Assembly: GCA_017417045.1 (NCBI GenBank)
Contig: JAFPZZ010000004.1
Location: 3,030 to 67,029, forward strand
Direction: 5' to 3'
Length of the DNA stretch: 64,000 nt
Origin: Bacillota bacterium
Lineage (GTDB): Bacteria; Bacillota; Clostridia; Peptostreptococcales; Anaerovoracaceae
Shown: piece after piece, positions 37,356-47,571 of the stretch
Layout of the letters: every line of letters starts with the position of its first letter
Numbering within the stretch: position 1 is the first letter of the stretch
The notes under the pieces: generated by a model
Database searches by the model: none
What the model saw: only the letters and a program-made list of their open reading frames with translations
Told to the model about the DNA's origin: nothing
Made by a program: the position numbers and the translations under genes

Positions 37356-39262
37356 ATGAGAAAAAGATTCACCAAATACGACGCCTATCTCTTCGGAGAG
37401 GGCACTCACTACGAGGTATACGAGAGGCTCGGCGCCCATCCCTGCGTGCGCGGGGGAGAAAAGGGCGTGCTCTTCGGAGTATGGGCCCCGAACGCCAGGA
37501 TAGTGAGCCTCATCAGCTCGCGCAACGGCTGGGATCCTCTCGCCGCCCCGATGGAGAAGGGCGAGCATGGCGTCTGGGAGCTCTTCGTGCCCGGAATGGA
37601 AAAGGGGGACTCGTACAAATACGTCGTCGTTGGGGCCGACGGTGTGAGCCGCTACAAGGCCGACCCATTCGCGTTCTGGTCCGAGCTCAGGCCTTCGAGC
37701 GCCTCGGTCGTCTGGCCCCTTAAGGGCTACAGATGGGGCGACTCCGCGTACATGAAAAAGGCCGCCGAGGAGGATCCAGTGGCTCAGCCCATGTCGATAT
37801 ACGAGGTCCATCTCGGGTCCTGGAAGAAGGATTACCGCGAGAATCAGGACGGCTTCCTGAATTACAGAAGGCTCGCCGACGAGCTCAGCGAATACGTCAA
37901 GTTCCTCGGCTTCACACACGTGGAGCTCATAGGCATTTGCGAGCATCCCTTCGACGGCTCCTGGGGCTACCAGGTGACGGGGTATTATTCTCCGACCAGC
38001 CGCTATGGCAGTCCCGACGACTTCAGGTACTTCGTAGACAAGATGCACCGCGAGGGCATAGGGGTCATACTCGACTGGGTCCCTGCGCACTATCCCAAGG
38101 ATGAATTCGGCCTTGAGCACTTCGATGGGACGCCCCTATTCGAGTCGGCAGACCCGCTGCTCGCGGAGTATCCGGAGTGGGGGACCATGGCCTTCGACCA
38201 TTCCAAGCCCGAGGTCAGGAGCTTCCTGATCTCAGACGCCTTTTACTGGATAAAGGAATTCCACATAGACGCGCTCAGGGTGGACGCCGTCGCGGCCATG
38301 CTTTCACGAACTTCAGCCGCGACCCATGGAGACCCAACAAATACGGCGGCAGCGAGAACCTCGACAGCATCGATTTTCTAAAGCAGCTCAACGACGCCGT
38401 CACGTCGAACACCCAGGGCTACCTCATAGCCGAGGATTCGTCCATAATGGCGGGCGTCACCAAGCCCGTCAGCGAGGGAGGCATGGGCTTCCTCTTCAAG
38501 TGGAACCTTGGCTGGATGAACGATACCCTGAAGTATCTCTCAAAGGAGCCCGTCTACAGGGGATACCATCATTACCAGCTGACGCATTCCATAGAATACG
38601 CCTTCACGGAGAATTTCGTGCTGGTGCTCTCGCACGACGAGGTCGTCCATCTCAAGCATTCGATGCTTGAAAAGCTACCCGGAAGCACGGGAGACAAGCT
38701 GGCAGGGCTAAAGACGCTCTATGCCTACCAGTTCACGAGCCCCGGAAAGAAGCTGCTCTTTATGGGACAGGAGTTCGCGGATCCCCGCGAGTGGATAGAG
38801 GACAGGGACATAGCCTGGGGCCTCACACACGACGAGTGGCACAGGGACGTGCTGGAATCGCTGAGATCGCTCGCAAGGATCTACAGGAGCTATCCCTGCC
38901 TGTATTCGGACGGGCCGAACCCCGTCACCTTCGAGTGGGTCAACGACCACGATATGATGCGCAACACCCTGAGCTACATAAGGCGCAATCCCTGGAACTG
39001 GAACGGCGCCCTGCTCGTGGTGCTCAATTTTTCCGCGCAGTATTACGAGGATTACGATATAGGGGTGCCTGTAGAAGGCTGGTACAAGAGGATATACAGC
39101 AGCTACGACAGCATGCCCGGAGAGGGCGGCGCCGAAGCTGAAAAGGATATACCCCCGCTCGTCAGCAGGCCCGAGCCCTGCGACCACTACGAGAACAGGA
39201 TAAGCTATAAGCTGAGGCCCTTCGAGGCCGCTATATTTGAGTTGCCGCACACGGAGCTTTGA
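37356..39262 (+). pseudogene. glgB: 1,4-alpha-glucan branching enzyme, split by a -1 frameshift near 38302-38304
   Basis: Frame 1 ends ..FHIDALRVDAVAAML then reads nonsense. Frame 2 continues (F)TNFSRDPWRPNKYGGSENLDSIDFLKQLN.., exactly the GH13 region II/III order of GlgB. Adding one T to the TTT run restores AAML-F-TNFSR. Confidence 0.8.
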
Positions 39263-39318
39263 TGAAGCCGCCTTTTCTGTGGAATAAGAGCTATAAAAAA
39301 CAGACAGAACTGAAGAAG

Positions 39319-39356
39319 ACCCGCGCGCTTCCTCTGCGGAAGCCCACGGGTTTTTT
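39319..39356 (+). terminator. intrinsic terminator after glgB
   Basis: ACCCG..GCTTCC-TCTGC-GGAAGC..CGGGT followed by TTTTTT. Confidence 0.6.
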
Positions 39357-39611
39357 GTCGATTTGACCCCATGCGTTTGATGCAGAGCTGGCTATTATTT
39401 GCGTGCGATCTCACATTTGATGCGAGGTCGTTTTTTACAGACTGAAGGGATCGCGCCGCCCAAGGCTATTTACAAAATATTATTGTTAAAGAACGCATTT
39501 TAACTGTTTGTTAATGGTATCCCCTCGGATTATCTTTAATATAGACATAACAGGGGACGGCCCTGCCTCAGGCCCTGTCTCTTTACAAGAACATAAGGAG
39601 GATGAACGACA

Positions 39612-40601
39612 ATGCGTTTTATGGATTGCACGCTTAGGGACGGAGCAAACGTCCTTGGAAAGGGTTTTCCCGCCGATCTTACGGAGCTCATGCTACGCGG
39701 ACTCATCGAGAACGGCATCAAGGTCATAGAATACGGAAACGCCGGAGGCATCGGCGCCTACGTGCTCGGAAACACCGCGCCTCTGAACGATATCGAATAT
39801 CTTGAGCTCGCGCAGCCCTACGTAGACAAGGCCGAGATAGGAATGTTCCTCAACGCCAAGCGCTACAAAGAAGAGAACGTGGCCCTCGCGGCTCAGTACG
39901 GACTCAAGTTCCTCAGGATAGGGGCTGAGCCCGGTATGTCCGAGAAGTCCATCCCCATCATCAAGGCTGTGAAGGCACACGGGCTGACCGCGAGATACTC
40001 GCTCATGAAGGCATATCTGGCGACTCCCGAGGAAGCGGCAGCCGAAGCCCTTCAACTCGAGGCTGCAGGCCTCGATGAGCTCACCGTTATGGATTCCGCC
40101 GGATGCATGAAGCCGGACGAGGTAGCCGAATACTTCGACGCGCTCACCGCCGCTCTTAAGATACCCGTGCTCTTCCACGGACACAGCAATCTCGGATTGG
40201 CCCCAGCCAACGCGCTCAAGGCCATAGAGCACGGCGGCGCGGGAGCCGACTGCGGACTGCTCGGAATGGCCCGCAGCGCCGGGAATATTCCCACTGAGCT
40301 CATGGTAGCCCTGCTCCAGGAAAAGGGAGAGCTCATGGACGTCGATTTCTACGGACTTATGAAGTTCCTCGATCAGGAGCTCGTGCCTGCCATGGCGGCC
40401 CACGGCTACAAGCCGGCCCTCATGCCTATGGACCTCATCCTGGGTCTCTCCGGAGCTCATTCCAGCTTTATGAAGACCTTCAAGAAGGTCGCTGAGGAAG
40501 AGGGCGTCGATCTCATGAAGCTCATAGTCGAGACCTCCAAGATCAACAGAAGGGATCCCTCCGAAGCCCAGATGCGCGAGGTCGCCGCAAAGATCGGGTA
40601 G
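39612..40601 (+). CDS. HMGL-like / DmpG-type aldolase (DRE-TIM metallolyase family)
   Basis: DCTLRDG N-terminal motif, FHGHSNLGLAPANAL metal-binding HxH, and a DmpG-like C-terminal communication domain. Confidence 0.8.
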   Translation: MRFMDCTLRDGANVLGKGFPADLTELMLRGLIENGIKVIEYGNAGGIGAYVLGNTAPLNDIEYLELAQPYVDKAEIGMFLNAKRYKEENVALAAQYGLKFLRIGAEPGMSEKSIPIIKAVKAHGLTARYSLMKAYLATPEEAAAEALQLEAAGLDELTVMDSAGCMKPDEVAEYFDALTAALKIPVLFHGHSNLGLAPANALKAIEHGGAGADCGLLGMARSAGNIPTELMVALLQEKGELMDVDFYGLMKFLDQELVPAMAAHGYKPALMPMDLILGLSGAHSSFMKTFKKVAEEEGVDLMKLIVETSKINRRDPSEAQMREVAAKIG

Positions 40602-40703
40602 CGGATCCCGCGCCGAGCCCGCAAAAGCAATGGGACTGCAGCATACTCGCAGGGCCCGCAAAGAAAACATCTGCTAAGAAAAACAAACAGGAAGGCGAAA
40701 AAG

Positions 40704-41684
40704 ATGATAGTAGCGCTTGCAGGAACTTATCCTAACGGGACTTTCGAGAGCTTCAGGGAGAGGCTGCCCGAAGACGTAGAACTGCTCAAGATAGATACTC
40801 CGGAGAAGTACGCAGCTCTAGACAGGGCCGACGTGATGATACTGCGCATATTCCGCGCTGAGAAGGCCGATATCGAGAGGATAAAGGGCCTCAAGATGAT
40901 CTCCCGCTGGGGCGTGGGCTACGACTCCGTGGACGTCGCTGCCGCCAGCAGCAAGGGAATACTCGTGACCAACACTCCTGGCTCCAACGCCTATGCCGTT
41001 GCTGAGCACAGCGTGCTGCTCATGCTTGCTCTGTGCCATCACCTCACCGAGCACAACGCCTTCACCCAGAAGGGCGATTGGAGCAACAAGACCTTCCTCG
41101 AGACCACCCGCACGCTAAACGACGCCAAGGTCGGACTCATAGGCGGCGGCAACGTGGGCCGCCAGGTCGCGAAGAGGGTGCAGGCATTCGGGGCCAGCGT
41201 ACAGTATTTCGATCCCTACCGCCTGAGCGAGGAGATGGAAAAGAAGTTCGATATGGAGTTCGTTTCGCTGGACGAGCTGCTCAGGACCTCCGACTTCATC
41301 AGCGTGCACGCGCCTCTGACCGATGAGAATTACCACATGATAGGCGAAGAGGCATTCGCGAAGATGAAACCGACAGCCATCGTCATCAATACCGCCAGGG
41401 GCGGGCTCATCGACGAAGCCGCTCTGATAAGAGCAATAGACGAGGGCAGGATAGCCGGAGCCGGAATAGACTGCATCGAAAAGATGCCGCTCACGGCGGA
41501 TGAGCCCCTGCTTGGAAGGGGCAATATCATCGTCACCCCGCACGTAGCCGGTACTTCCAACGATATCGCTACCGTGACCATACCCATGCTCGTAGACACC
41601 ATCATGGATCTGTATAAGGGCGGCAAGGTCAGGTTCGTAGTGAACAAGGCGGCGCTCGAGGCCGCCGGATACGAGCTCGCCTGA
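40704..41684 (+). CDS. D-isomer-specific 2-hydroxyacid dehydrogenase family protein
   Basis: GLIGGGNVGRQVAKR NAD motif, ARGGLIDE, and HVAG catalytic His. Confidence 0.85.
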   Translation: MIVALAGTYPNGTFESFRERLPEDVELLKIDTPEKYAALDRADVMILRIFRAEKADIERIKGLKMISRWGVGYDSVDVAAASSKGILVTNTPGSNAYAVAEHSVLLMLALCHHLTEHNAFTQKGDWSNKTFLETTRTLNDAKVGLIGGGNVGRQVAKRVQAFGASVQYFDPYRLSEEMEKKFDMEFVSLDELLRTSDFISVHAPLTDENYHMIGEEAFAKMKPTAIVINTARGGLIDEAALIRAIDEGRIAGAGIDCIEKMPLTADEPLLGRGNIIVTPHVAGTSNDIATVTIPMLVDTIMDLYKGGKVRFVVNKAALEAAGYELA

Positions 41685-41809
41685 ACTTAAACGCGAAGGA
41701 TTTCCGGTCCGAAGCGTCCTGAGGCAGTCCCGCGACAGAGGGCTGTGCGGCGACGGCCGGGCCGTGATACAATACTGTAAATAGACACCGATGCAAGAAG
41801 GAGGCCGAC

Positions 41810-42364
41810 ATGGACACTCAGAAGATAATATCCCTTTTCCCGAAGATGGCATGCATCAGCGATGAAAAGCTCAGGGAGCTCTCGATCAAGGCTATGTCCG
41901 ACGCCATGGAGGCGGGCGGCTGGAATGAGGAGAACGTCTGCCTCGCTCCCGCTACGGTCAGCTATGAAGGAGTCGGCTTCGGGCTGATAGAACACATCAA
42001 TCTCGTGACCGATATGTGCATGGACGCCTACGAAAGGCTCTCCGGATACTACGAGGCCAACGGCTCTCCGCTGGACAGGGACACCGTTCTCTGCGGCGCG
42101 CTGCTGCACGATATAGGCAAGTTCACCGAGTACACCGTAAAGGACGGAGCCGCGGTCCACGGGGAGAACGCCGATATCATGAGGCATCCGCTCGCCGGAG
42201 CTGTCTTAGCCGCGAAGGCCGGGCTTCCCGACAGCATAATACACCTTATCGCCACACACTCCTTCGAGGGCGACAGGTCCTATCTCAGCCAAGAAGCGAA
42301 GTTCGTAAGGACCCTCGATCTCTTCGCCTTCAACTGCAGTGTCGCGGGGCTTGCGAAGAAGTAG
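41810..42364 (+). CDS. HD-domain phosphohydrolase-like protein
   Basis: LLHDIGK motif. AGGAGG RBS. Confidence 0.75.
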   Translation: MDTQKIISLFPKMACISDEKLRELSIKAMSDAMEAGGWNEENVCLAPATVSYEGVGFGLIEHINLVTDMCMDAYERLSGYYEANGSPLDRDTVLCGALLHDIGKFTEYTVKDGAAVHGENADIMRHPLAGAVLAAKAGLPDSIIHLIATHSFEGDRSYLSQEAKFVRTLDLFAFNCSVAGLAKK

Positions 42365-42428
42365 GACTTGGCAGCGACAGCGGTCGCATGCCCGGGACTG
42401 ACAATTATATAAATATTATGCCAATACA

Positions 42429-42458
42429 AAATGCCGCAGCTGCAGCGCGGCATTTTTG
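42429..42458. terminator. bidirectional intrinsic terminator between convergent genes
   Basis: AAATGCCGC-loop-GCGGCATTT flanked by A-run and T-run. Confidence 0.7.
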
Positions 42459-42532
42459 TGTCGATGAAATTCCCGCATCAGACGTGGGTTCGATCTTTGT
42501 CTTAAAAACGCATCGGCAGAGCTCAGCGCATT

Positions 42533-43096
42533 CTATCTCGTCAGCTCGGATCTCAGCCCGAAAAGCGTGACTACCGTCACTATAGCGCAGGCCAGCGCCG
42601 CTATCCCGATCGCGATGAACAGCACTGCCAGGAAGGATGGGCGTGTGCCTCCGTTCGCCAAGATGATAAAGCCGAGGAGGGTAAGCATTATGCTGAAGGC
42701 AAGGTTCGCATATTTGAGGTAGCGTATCGTGCCGACGCGCGAGGAGCCGTTGTCCTTGGCGAGCTGCTCGATCGAGCCGAAGAGTATGAACATGTAGGCC
42801 GCGGATATCACCGAGGCGATACTGCTTAGGATAGACAGATCGGCACTAGGCATGAATATCCCGCCGAGCCACAGGGCGAGGCTCAGTATGATCAGCGTCA
42901 TCGCCAGCCATTTAAGCCATTCCTTCCCGTCCAGATAGGAGCCGAGCTTGCCGCAGGCGAGGAAGAAAAGTGTCCATCCAACGAAGTCGGGCATTATATT
43001 GATGCTGAGATCGTTGAAGTTCAGGTTTATATTAGCCAGGGTGAACAGCGCTCCAAAAGCTATGTAAGAGAGCGCCTTTTTGAGATCTTCGGTCAT
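42533..43096 (-). CDS. polytopic membrane protein of unknown function (187 aa), translationally coupled to the GT2 gene
   Basis: 5-6 predicted TM helices. Its ATG overlaps the GT2 stop (ATGA at 43096-43093). Confidence 0.6.
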   Translation of the reverse strand: MTEDLKKALSYIAFGALFTLANINLNFNDLSINIMPDFVGWTLFFLACGKLGSYLDGKEWLKWLAMTLIILSLALWLGGIFMPSADLSILSSIASVISAAYMFILFGSIEQLAKDNGSSRVGTIRYLKYANLAFSIMLTLLGFIILANGGTRPSFLAVLFIAIGIAALACAIVTVVTLFGLRSELTR

Positions 43097-44334
43097 TTTG
43101 CTTCCTTTCTCTTGTTTTCTATATCGTCTATGCTGACCGCGTGGTCGTGCACGACGGGCCTCCATTCGATATCCTTCATAAATAGCGATCTCACCATCAG
43201 CGGCAGCCACATGATGAGGAAGAAGGGGAAGGCCGCGTTGCTCAGGATGGGTATCTTCACGTCGCGTCCGCACTTGAGCCTGGCGGCGTAGCAGAGGGCG
43301 TAGAAGGCCGTCGCAGCGGCAAGCGCGAGCACTTCGTCCGGCGGAACGAACGGGAACCTGTAAGGCTCAGCCGGGACCAGGGCGAATATCAGTGATATAA
43401 CAGCGAATGTGACGATCAACACCGGGGCAAGGAATACCAGGTCTATGTTAAGGCTGGAAAGAGAGCCGGTCTTCAGGAATTTTTTGGTCAGCTTCGCGCT
43501 GTAGTGCTTCATGCACTGGACCTGGCCTACCGACCAGCGCAGGAGCTGCCTCAGTGAGACCCTGATCCTGGATGGATATTCGTCGTAGCTTACGGCCTCA
43601 TGGGCGTAGCCTATGTGTTCTCCCTTCAGCGCCGCAATGGCCGTGAGCTCCAGATCTTCTGTCATGGTCTTCATGTCGAAGCCGTTCTCGTCTATCCAGC
43701 TCTTTCTTACGACCCAGGCGGTGCCGTTTAGAGATCCGCTGCGTCCCATCGAAGACCTGGCATGGTTGAAGTAGACGTTCTGCATGGTGTAGAAGATCTC
43801 ATAGCAGCCCGTCAGCACGTTTTCCGCGGCGTTCTTGCCTATGCGGCGGCCCTGTATGATATTCTTCCCGGCCTCGAGCCTCTTGTTCATCTCCCTGAAG
43901 AAGCCCGGATCCACGACGTTGTCGGTGTCGAATACCGCGTAGGCGTCTATGTCTTCGCGGGCCGAGAGCTTATCCAGGGCGTAGCGCAGCGCGTCTCCCT
44001 TGCTGTGCACGGGGACGTCGACGTTCATCACTCGGGCCCCGAGCGAGGCCGCTATCTCGCCGCTCCTGTCGCTACTGTTGTTCAAAACGACCCAGATCTC
44101 GAGTTTATCCTTTGGGTAGTCTGCTTCGTTCAGGCTCTCTATAAGCTTGGCTATGACCTTTTCTTCGTTTCTGACGGGAAGCAGCACCGCAAATCGGCGC
44201 AGCGAAACAGCCTCCGGAAGCTTTTCGAAGGGCTTGGTGAGCCCCGAGAGCGCGAAGACTATGAAGTATATGAAACAGAGCTTTATCAGGACTGAGATCA
44301 GTGTAAGGATCAGGTTCATCGTATGGGCGGTCAA
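43093..44334 (-). CDS. membrane-embedded family-2 glycosyltransferase (processive synthase-like)
   Basis: N-terminal TM, LLPVRNEE, DTDN (DxD), QGRR (QxxRW-like region), then 3-4 C-terminal TM helices. Confidence 0.8.
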   Translation of the reverse strand: MTAHTMNLILTLISVLIKLCFIYFIVFALSGLTKPFEKLPEAVSLRRFAVLLPVRNEEKVIAKLIESLNEADYPKDKLEIWVVLNNSSDRSGEIAASLGARVMNVDVPVHSKGDALRYALDKLSAREDIDAYAVFDTDNVVDPGFFREMNKRLEAGKNIIQGRRIGKNAAENVLTGCYEIFYTMQNVYFNHARSSMGRSGSLNGTAWVVRKSWIDENGFDMKTMTEDLELTAIAALKGEHIGYAHEAVSYDEYPSRIRVSLRQLLRWSVGQVQCMKHYSAKLTKKFLKTGSLSSLNIDLVFLAPVLIVTFAVISLIFALVPAEPYRFPFVPPDEVLALAAATAFYALCYAARLKCGRDVKIPILSNAAFPFFLIMWLPLMVRSLFMKDIEWRPVVHDHAVSIDDIENKRKEAK

Positions 44335-44379
44335 GGGCGTCAGAAGGGGATGGCCTCGATCTTTCTGTACATATAGCGT

Positions 44380-45765
44380 TTACCGCGCGAAGCCGCAGCT
44401 CTCCTTCATCAGTGAGATCAGGACCCTGATGCCCTGCGCGTAGGAGCGGACGGATATGCGCTCGTTCGTGCCGTGCACGCCTTTTTCCTCCTCTTCGGTC
44501 GAGACGAAGGGGCTGCACCTAAGGCAGGTATCGCAGATCTGCTCGTAGTTGTGGGCGTCGGTCGCGCCTACGGACATGAAGGGCACGAATACGACGTCGC
44601 CGTAGAAGCTGTCCAGAGCCTTTATGAGCTGGGCGTAGCCGAAGCCGTCGAAGCGGGCCTCCGCGGAAGCCGGATTGGCCTGGAGGAACTCCATGGAGAC
44701 CGAATCGTCGTCCACGGCTTTCCTGCAGTGCTCCATGACCTCTTCGGGTGTGTGGCCTGCCGCTATCCTGAAGTTTATGACGGCTTCCATGTTCTGCGGC
44801 ATTACGTTGGGCGCGTCGCTGCTGCCGCTTATCATGGTCGGCGCTATCGTCGTCGTAACAAAGGGGAAGAGATCCTTACTCTCCATGAACGACGCCGCTA
44901 TGAGCTCAGCGTTGGCGTCTACGTCTGAGAGCAGCTCGGCGAGCTTGGGATCCTTGATATAAGGCGCGACAGTTCTTAGGCTCTGCTTGAAGGTGCTGCA
45001 GAGCTCGGCGGGGAAGGGGGCCGAGACTATCCTGTCTATGGCTCTCGCGAGCCTTCCGAGGGAGGTCCCTCCCCAGGGGCGGCTCGAGTGGCCGCCCGTG
45101 CTCTTCACGCTGAGCTTGAGATCCGCGTAGCCTTTTTCCATGAGGTCGATAGGCATCACGCTGAGGCCCGGAGCTCCTAAAAGCTCGCCGGACTGTATTC
45201 CGCCGCCCCCCTCGTCCAGGACGAACTCGAGGCGCTCGCCCCTTGAGAACAGCAGGTCGGAGAGGGCCTTGGAGCCCCTGTTGAAGGTCTCCTCGTCCTC
45301 GCCGAAGGCGAAATATATGGTCCTCGCGTTTTTAAGGCCCCTGGAAAGCAGGTATTCCGCGGCTTCGAGCTCGGCGAAGACCTGTTCCTTGATGTCCTGA
45401 GTGCCGCGGCCCCAGATGATGCCGTCCTCGATATCTCCGCTGTAGGCTCCGTGGATCCAGTCGTCCTCCGTTCCCTTTACCACCGGAACTACGTCCTGAT
45501 GGGACATGAAGAGGGCGGGCCTGAGGGAGCTGTCGCTTCCGGGCACCCTGATCAGTACGCTGCGGCCCACGGTCTCAAAGCCTCCCGCGGCCATGATGTG
45601 AGGGAAGCTGCTCTTCATTAGCTCGTGCAGCTCGAGGAAGGGCGCGGGGTCTTCGCAGTCAGATACAGTCTTGAGCCTTACGGCCGCCGAGAGCCTTGAG
45701 CAGGCTCCGTCCACGTCGAGGTCCGGATAGAGGCTTTCATTCCTGAAATGATCGTATATGTTCAT
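44380..45765 (-). CDS. M20/M25/M40-family metallopeptidase
   Basis: SHQDVVPV, GRGTQDIK and FGEDEE motifs. AAAGGAG RBS before the ATG at 45765. Confidence 0.8.
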   Translation of the reverse strand: MNIYDHFRNESLYPDLDVDGACSRLSAAVRLKTVSDCEDPAPFLELHELMKSSFPHIMAAGGFETVGRSVLIRVPGSDSSLRPALFMSHQDVVPVVKGTEDDWIHGAYSGDIEDGIIWGRGTQDIKEQVFAELEAAEYLLSRGLKNARTIYFAFGEDEETFNRGSKALSDLLFSRGERLEFVLDEGGGGIQSGELLGAPGLSVMPIDLMEKGYADLKLSVKSTGGHSSRPWGGTSLGRLARAIDRIVSAPFPAELCSTFKQSLRTVAPYIKDPKLAELLSDVDANAELIAASFMESKDLFPFVTTTIAPTMISGSSDAPNVMPQNMEAVINFRIAAGHTPEEVMEHCRKAVDDDSVSMEFLQANPASAEARFDGFGYAQLIKALDSFYGDVVFVPFMSVGATDAHNYEQICDTCLRCSPFVSTEEEEKGVHGTNERISVRSYAQGIRVLISLMKESCGFAR

Positions 45766-46158
45766 GAGGTTCTCCTTTCGAGTTCCTTTGCCCGGGGCAT
45801 GCGCCCGTCTGGCTTTATTAACTATACCACGGCGAGGCGCGCTCTTCAAATGCGGTGCGGCAGCGGCAGAGAGCTTTTCGAAATCCTGTTTATCAAGGGC
45901 TGCGCGTGCCCGCTACACTGGTTTTTAACATAACAGAGTAATAATAAGCTTGAATACCTGTTGATTATCCATATATTTTTTTTATATTCCTTTTAAGTAC
46001 ATGATATATAGATTATAATATTAGCGATTTCGAATATCGGGATCGTCATTTCCGCGCGGCTTCGTGGCGCCCGCACGGTCTATCCCATGCCAGCCACGGA
46101 CCGGTATACCTGCGTAAATCGCAATCATTCATCATCCGACCAAAGAAAGGAGAATACC

Positions 46159-47430
46159 ATGCTTTGGATAGGAGCTGCCATCTGCGTTCTCGTATTTGTT
46201 GGCATCATTCTCAAGTTTGACACCAAGCTTTGTCTTATCGGCGGCGGCCTTCTCATGTGCCTGCTCTCCGGTACTGCCTCGGCTGCGGTGCCCGCATACT
46301 GCGCGTCCCTCGTAAACGGATCCGTAGTATACACGACCGTTACTTCCATGGGCTATGCTAAGATCATGACCGATATGGGCTGCTGCAACCACCTGATCTA
46401 TGCTATGATCAGGCCGGTATCCAAGGTCAGGAAGCTGATCGTCCCGTTCTGCGTCATCATCACCGCGGGCATCGCGATGGGCCTCGGCTCCGCCGCGACC
46501 GTAGGTTCCGTAGCCGGATCCCTGCTCATCCCCCTGATGACCGCTCTCGGCATCCCCGCTGCCCTCGCAGCCGCTACCGTGCTCCAGGGCACCTGCATCG
46601 GCCTTGACGTCAACCCGGGCGGAGCCTTCACACTCGCTGCTGCCGCAGCCGACCCCGAAGGCCTCATCACCGGAAGAGACATCATCAACGCAGGCTTCAC
46701 CGCTCAGGTAGTCAATCTCTTCGTAGTAGCCATCGTATTCACCATCGTATCCAAGATCCTCACCAAGAGAGGAGAAGAGGATGAGGAAGCCGTACAGAAG
46801 GCTCTTTCCGCTGCCGCTTCCTTCAAGGTGAACCCGGTCTACGCGATACTCCCGATCGTACCCCTCACCCTGATCCTGCTCGCTCAGTACACTCCGCTTC
46901 TGCCGGAGGTCATGGACGCAGCCACCTGCATGTGGGTAGGCTTCTTCATCGCCATGATCATCTTCCGCAAGCAGTATCGTGAAGTATCCACCATGTTCTT
47001 CAGAGGACAGGGAGACTCCTTCTTCAGCGTCATCACCCTCATGGCTGCTGCCGCTGTATTCACCAAGGGCATGAACAACATCGGCATCACCAACGCTCTG
47101 GTAGAAGCCATGAAGGCCAATCCGAACATCGCCAAGTACGGCGGAGCCTTCGGACCCATGGTCATCGCGGCTCTCTCCGGTTCCGGAAACGCCGCCATGC
47201 TCGCGTTCTTCGACTCCGTACTCCCGCATGCCAAGGAGATCGGACTCGACTTCGCGGGACTTGCCGCAGTCGTACTCAGGACCGGCAACTACGGCCGTAC
47301 CTTCAGCCCTGTAGCCGCCGTTACCATCATCGTCTGCAGGATCGCCGGAGTAGACCCGATGCAGGTCGTAAAGTACACCGTCGTACCCATGCTCGTAGCG
47401 ACCATCATCGTTATGATGATGGACGTATAG
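46159..47430 (+). CDS. DcuC/YfcC-type anaerobic C4-dicarboxylate-carrier family transporter
   Basis: ~12 TM segments, with the size and Gly/Ala-rich helices typical of the family. AAAGGAG RBS. Confidence 0.65.
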   Translation: MLWIGAAICVLVFVGIILKFDTKLCLIGGGLLMCLLSGTASAAVPAYCASLVNGSVVYTTVTSMGYAKIMTDMGCCNHLIYAMIRPVSKVRKLIVPFCVIITAGIAMGLGSAATVGSVAGSLLIPLMTALGIPAALAAATVLQGTCIGLDVNPGGAFTLAAAAADPEGLITGRDIINAGFTAQVVNLFVVAIVFTIVSKILTKRGEEDEEAVQKALSAAASFKVNPVYAILPIVPLTLILLAQYTPLLPEVMDAATCMWVGFFIAMIIFRKQYREVSTMFFRGQGDSFFSVITLMAAAAVFTKGMNNIGITNALVEAMKANPNIAKYGGAFGPMVIAALSGSGNAAMLAFFDSVLPHAKEIGLDFAGLAAVVLRTGNYGRTFSPVAAVTIIVCRIAGVDPMQVVKYTVVPMLVATIIVMMMDV

Positions 47431-47500
47431 TCCGTACCGAAATATCAGAAGTATCATTTAAAACACATTATTTCAATTATTCCGCAAAATACCGGTCAAA

Positions 47501-47531
47501 AGGAGATGTGCCTGTGCACATCTCCTTTTTT
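47501..47531 (+). terminator. intrinsic terminator after the carrier gene
   Basis: AGGAGATGTGC-CTGT-GCACATCTCCT followed by TTTTT. Confidence 0.85.
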
Positions 47532-47571
47532 CGTGGTAGAATATGTCGTTATAAATGAAAGGAGATCTGAA

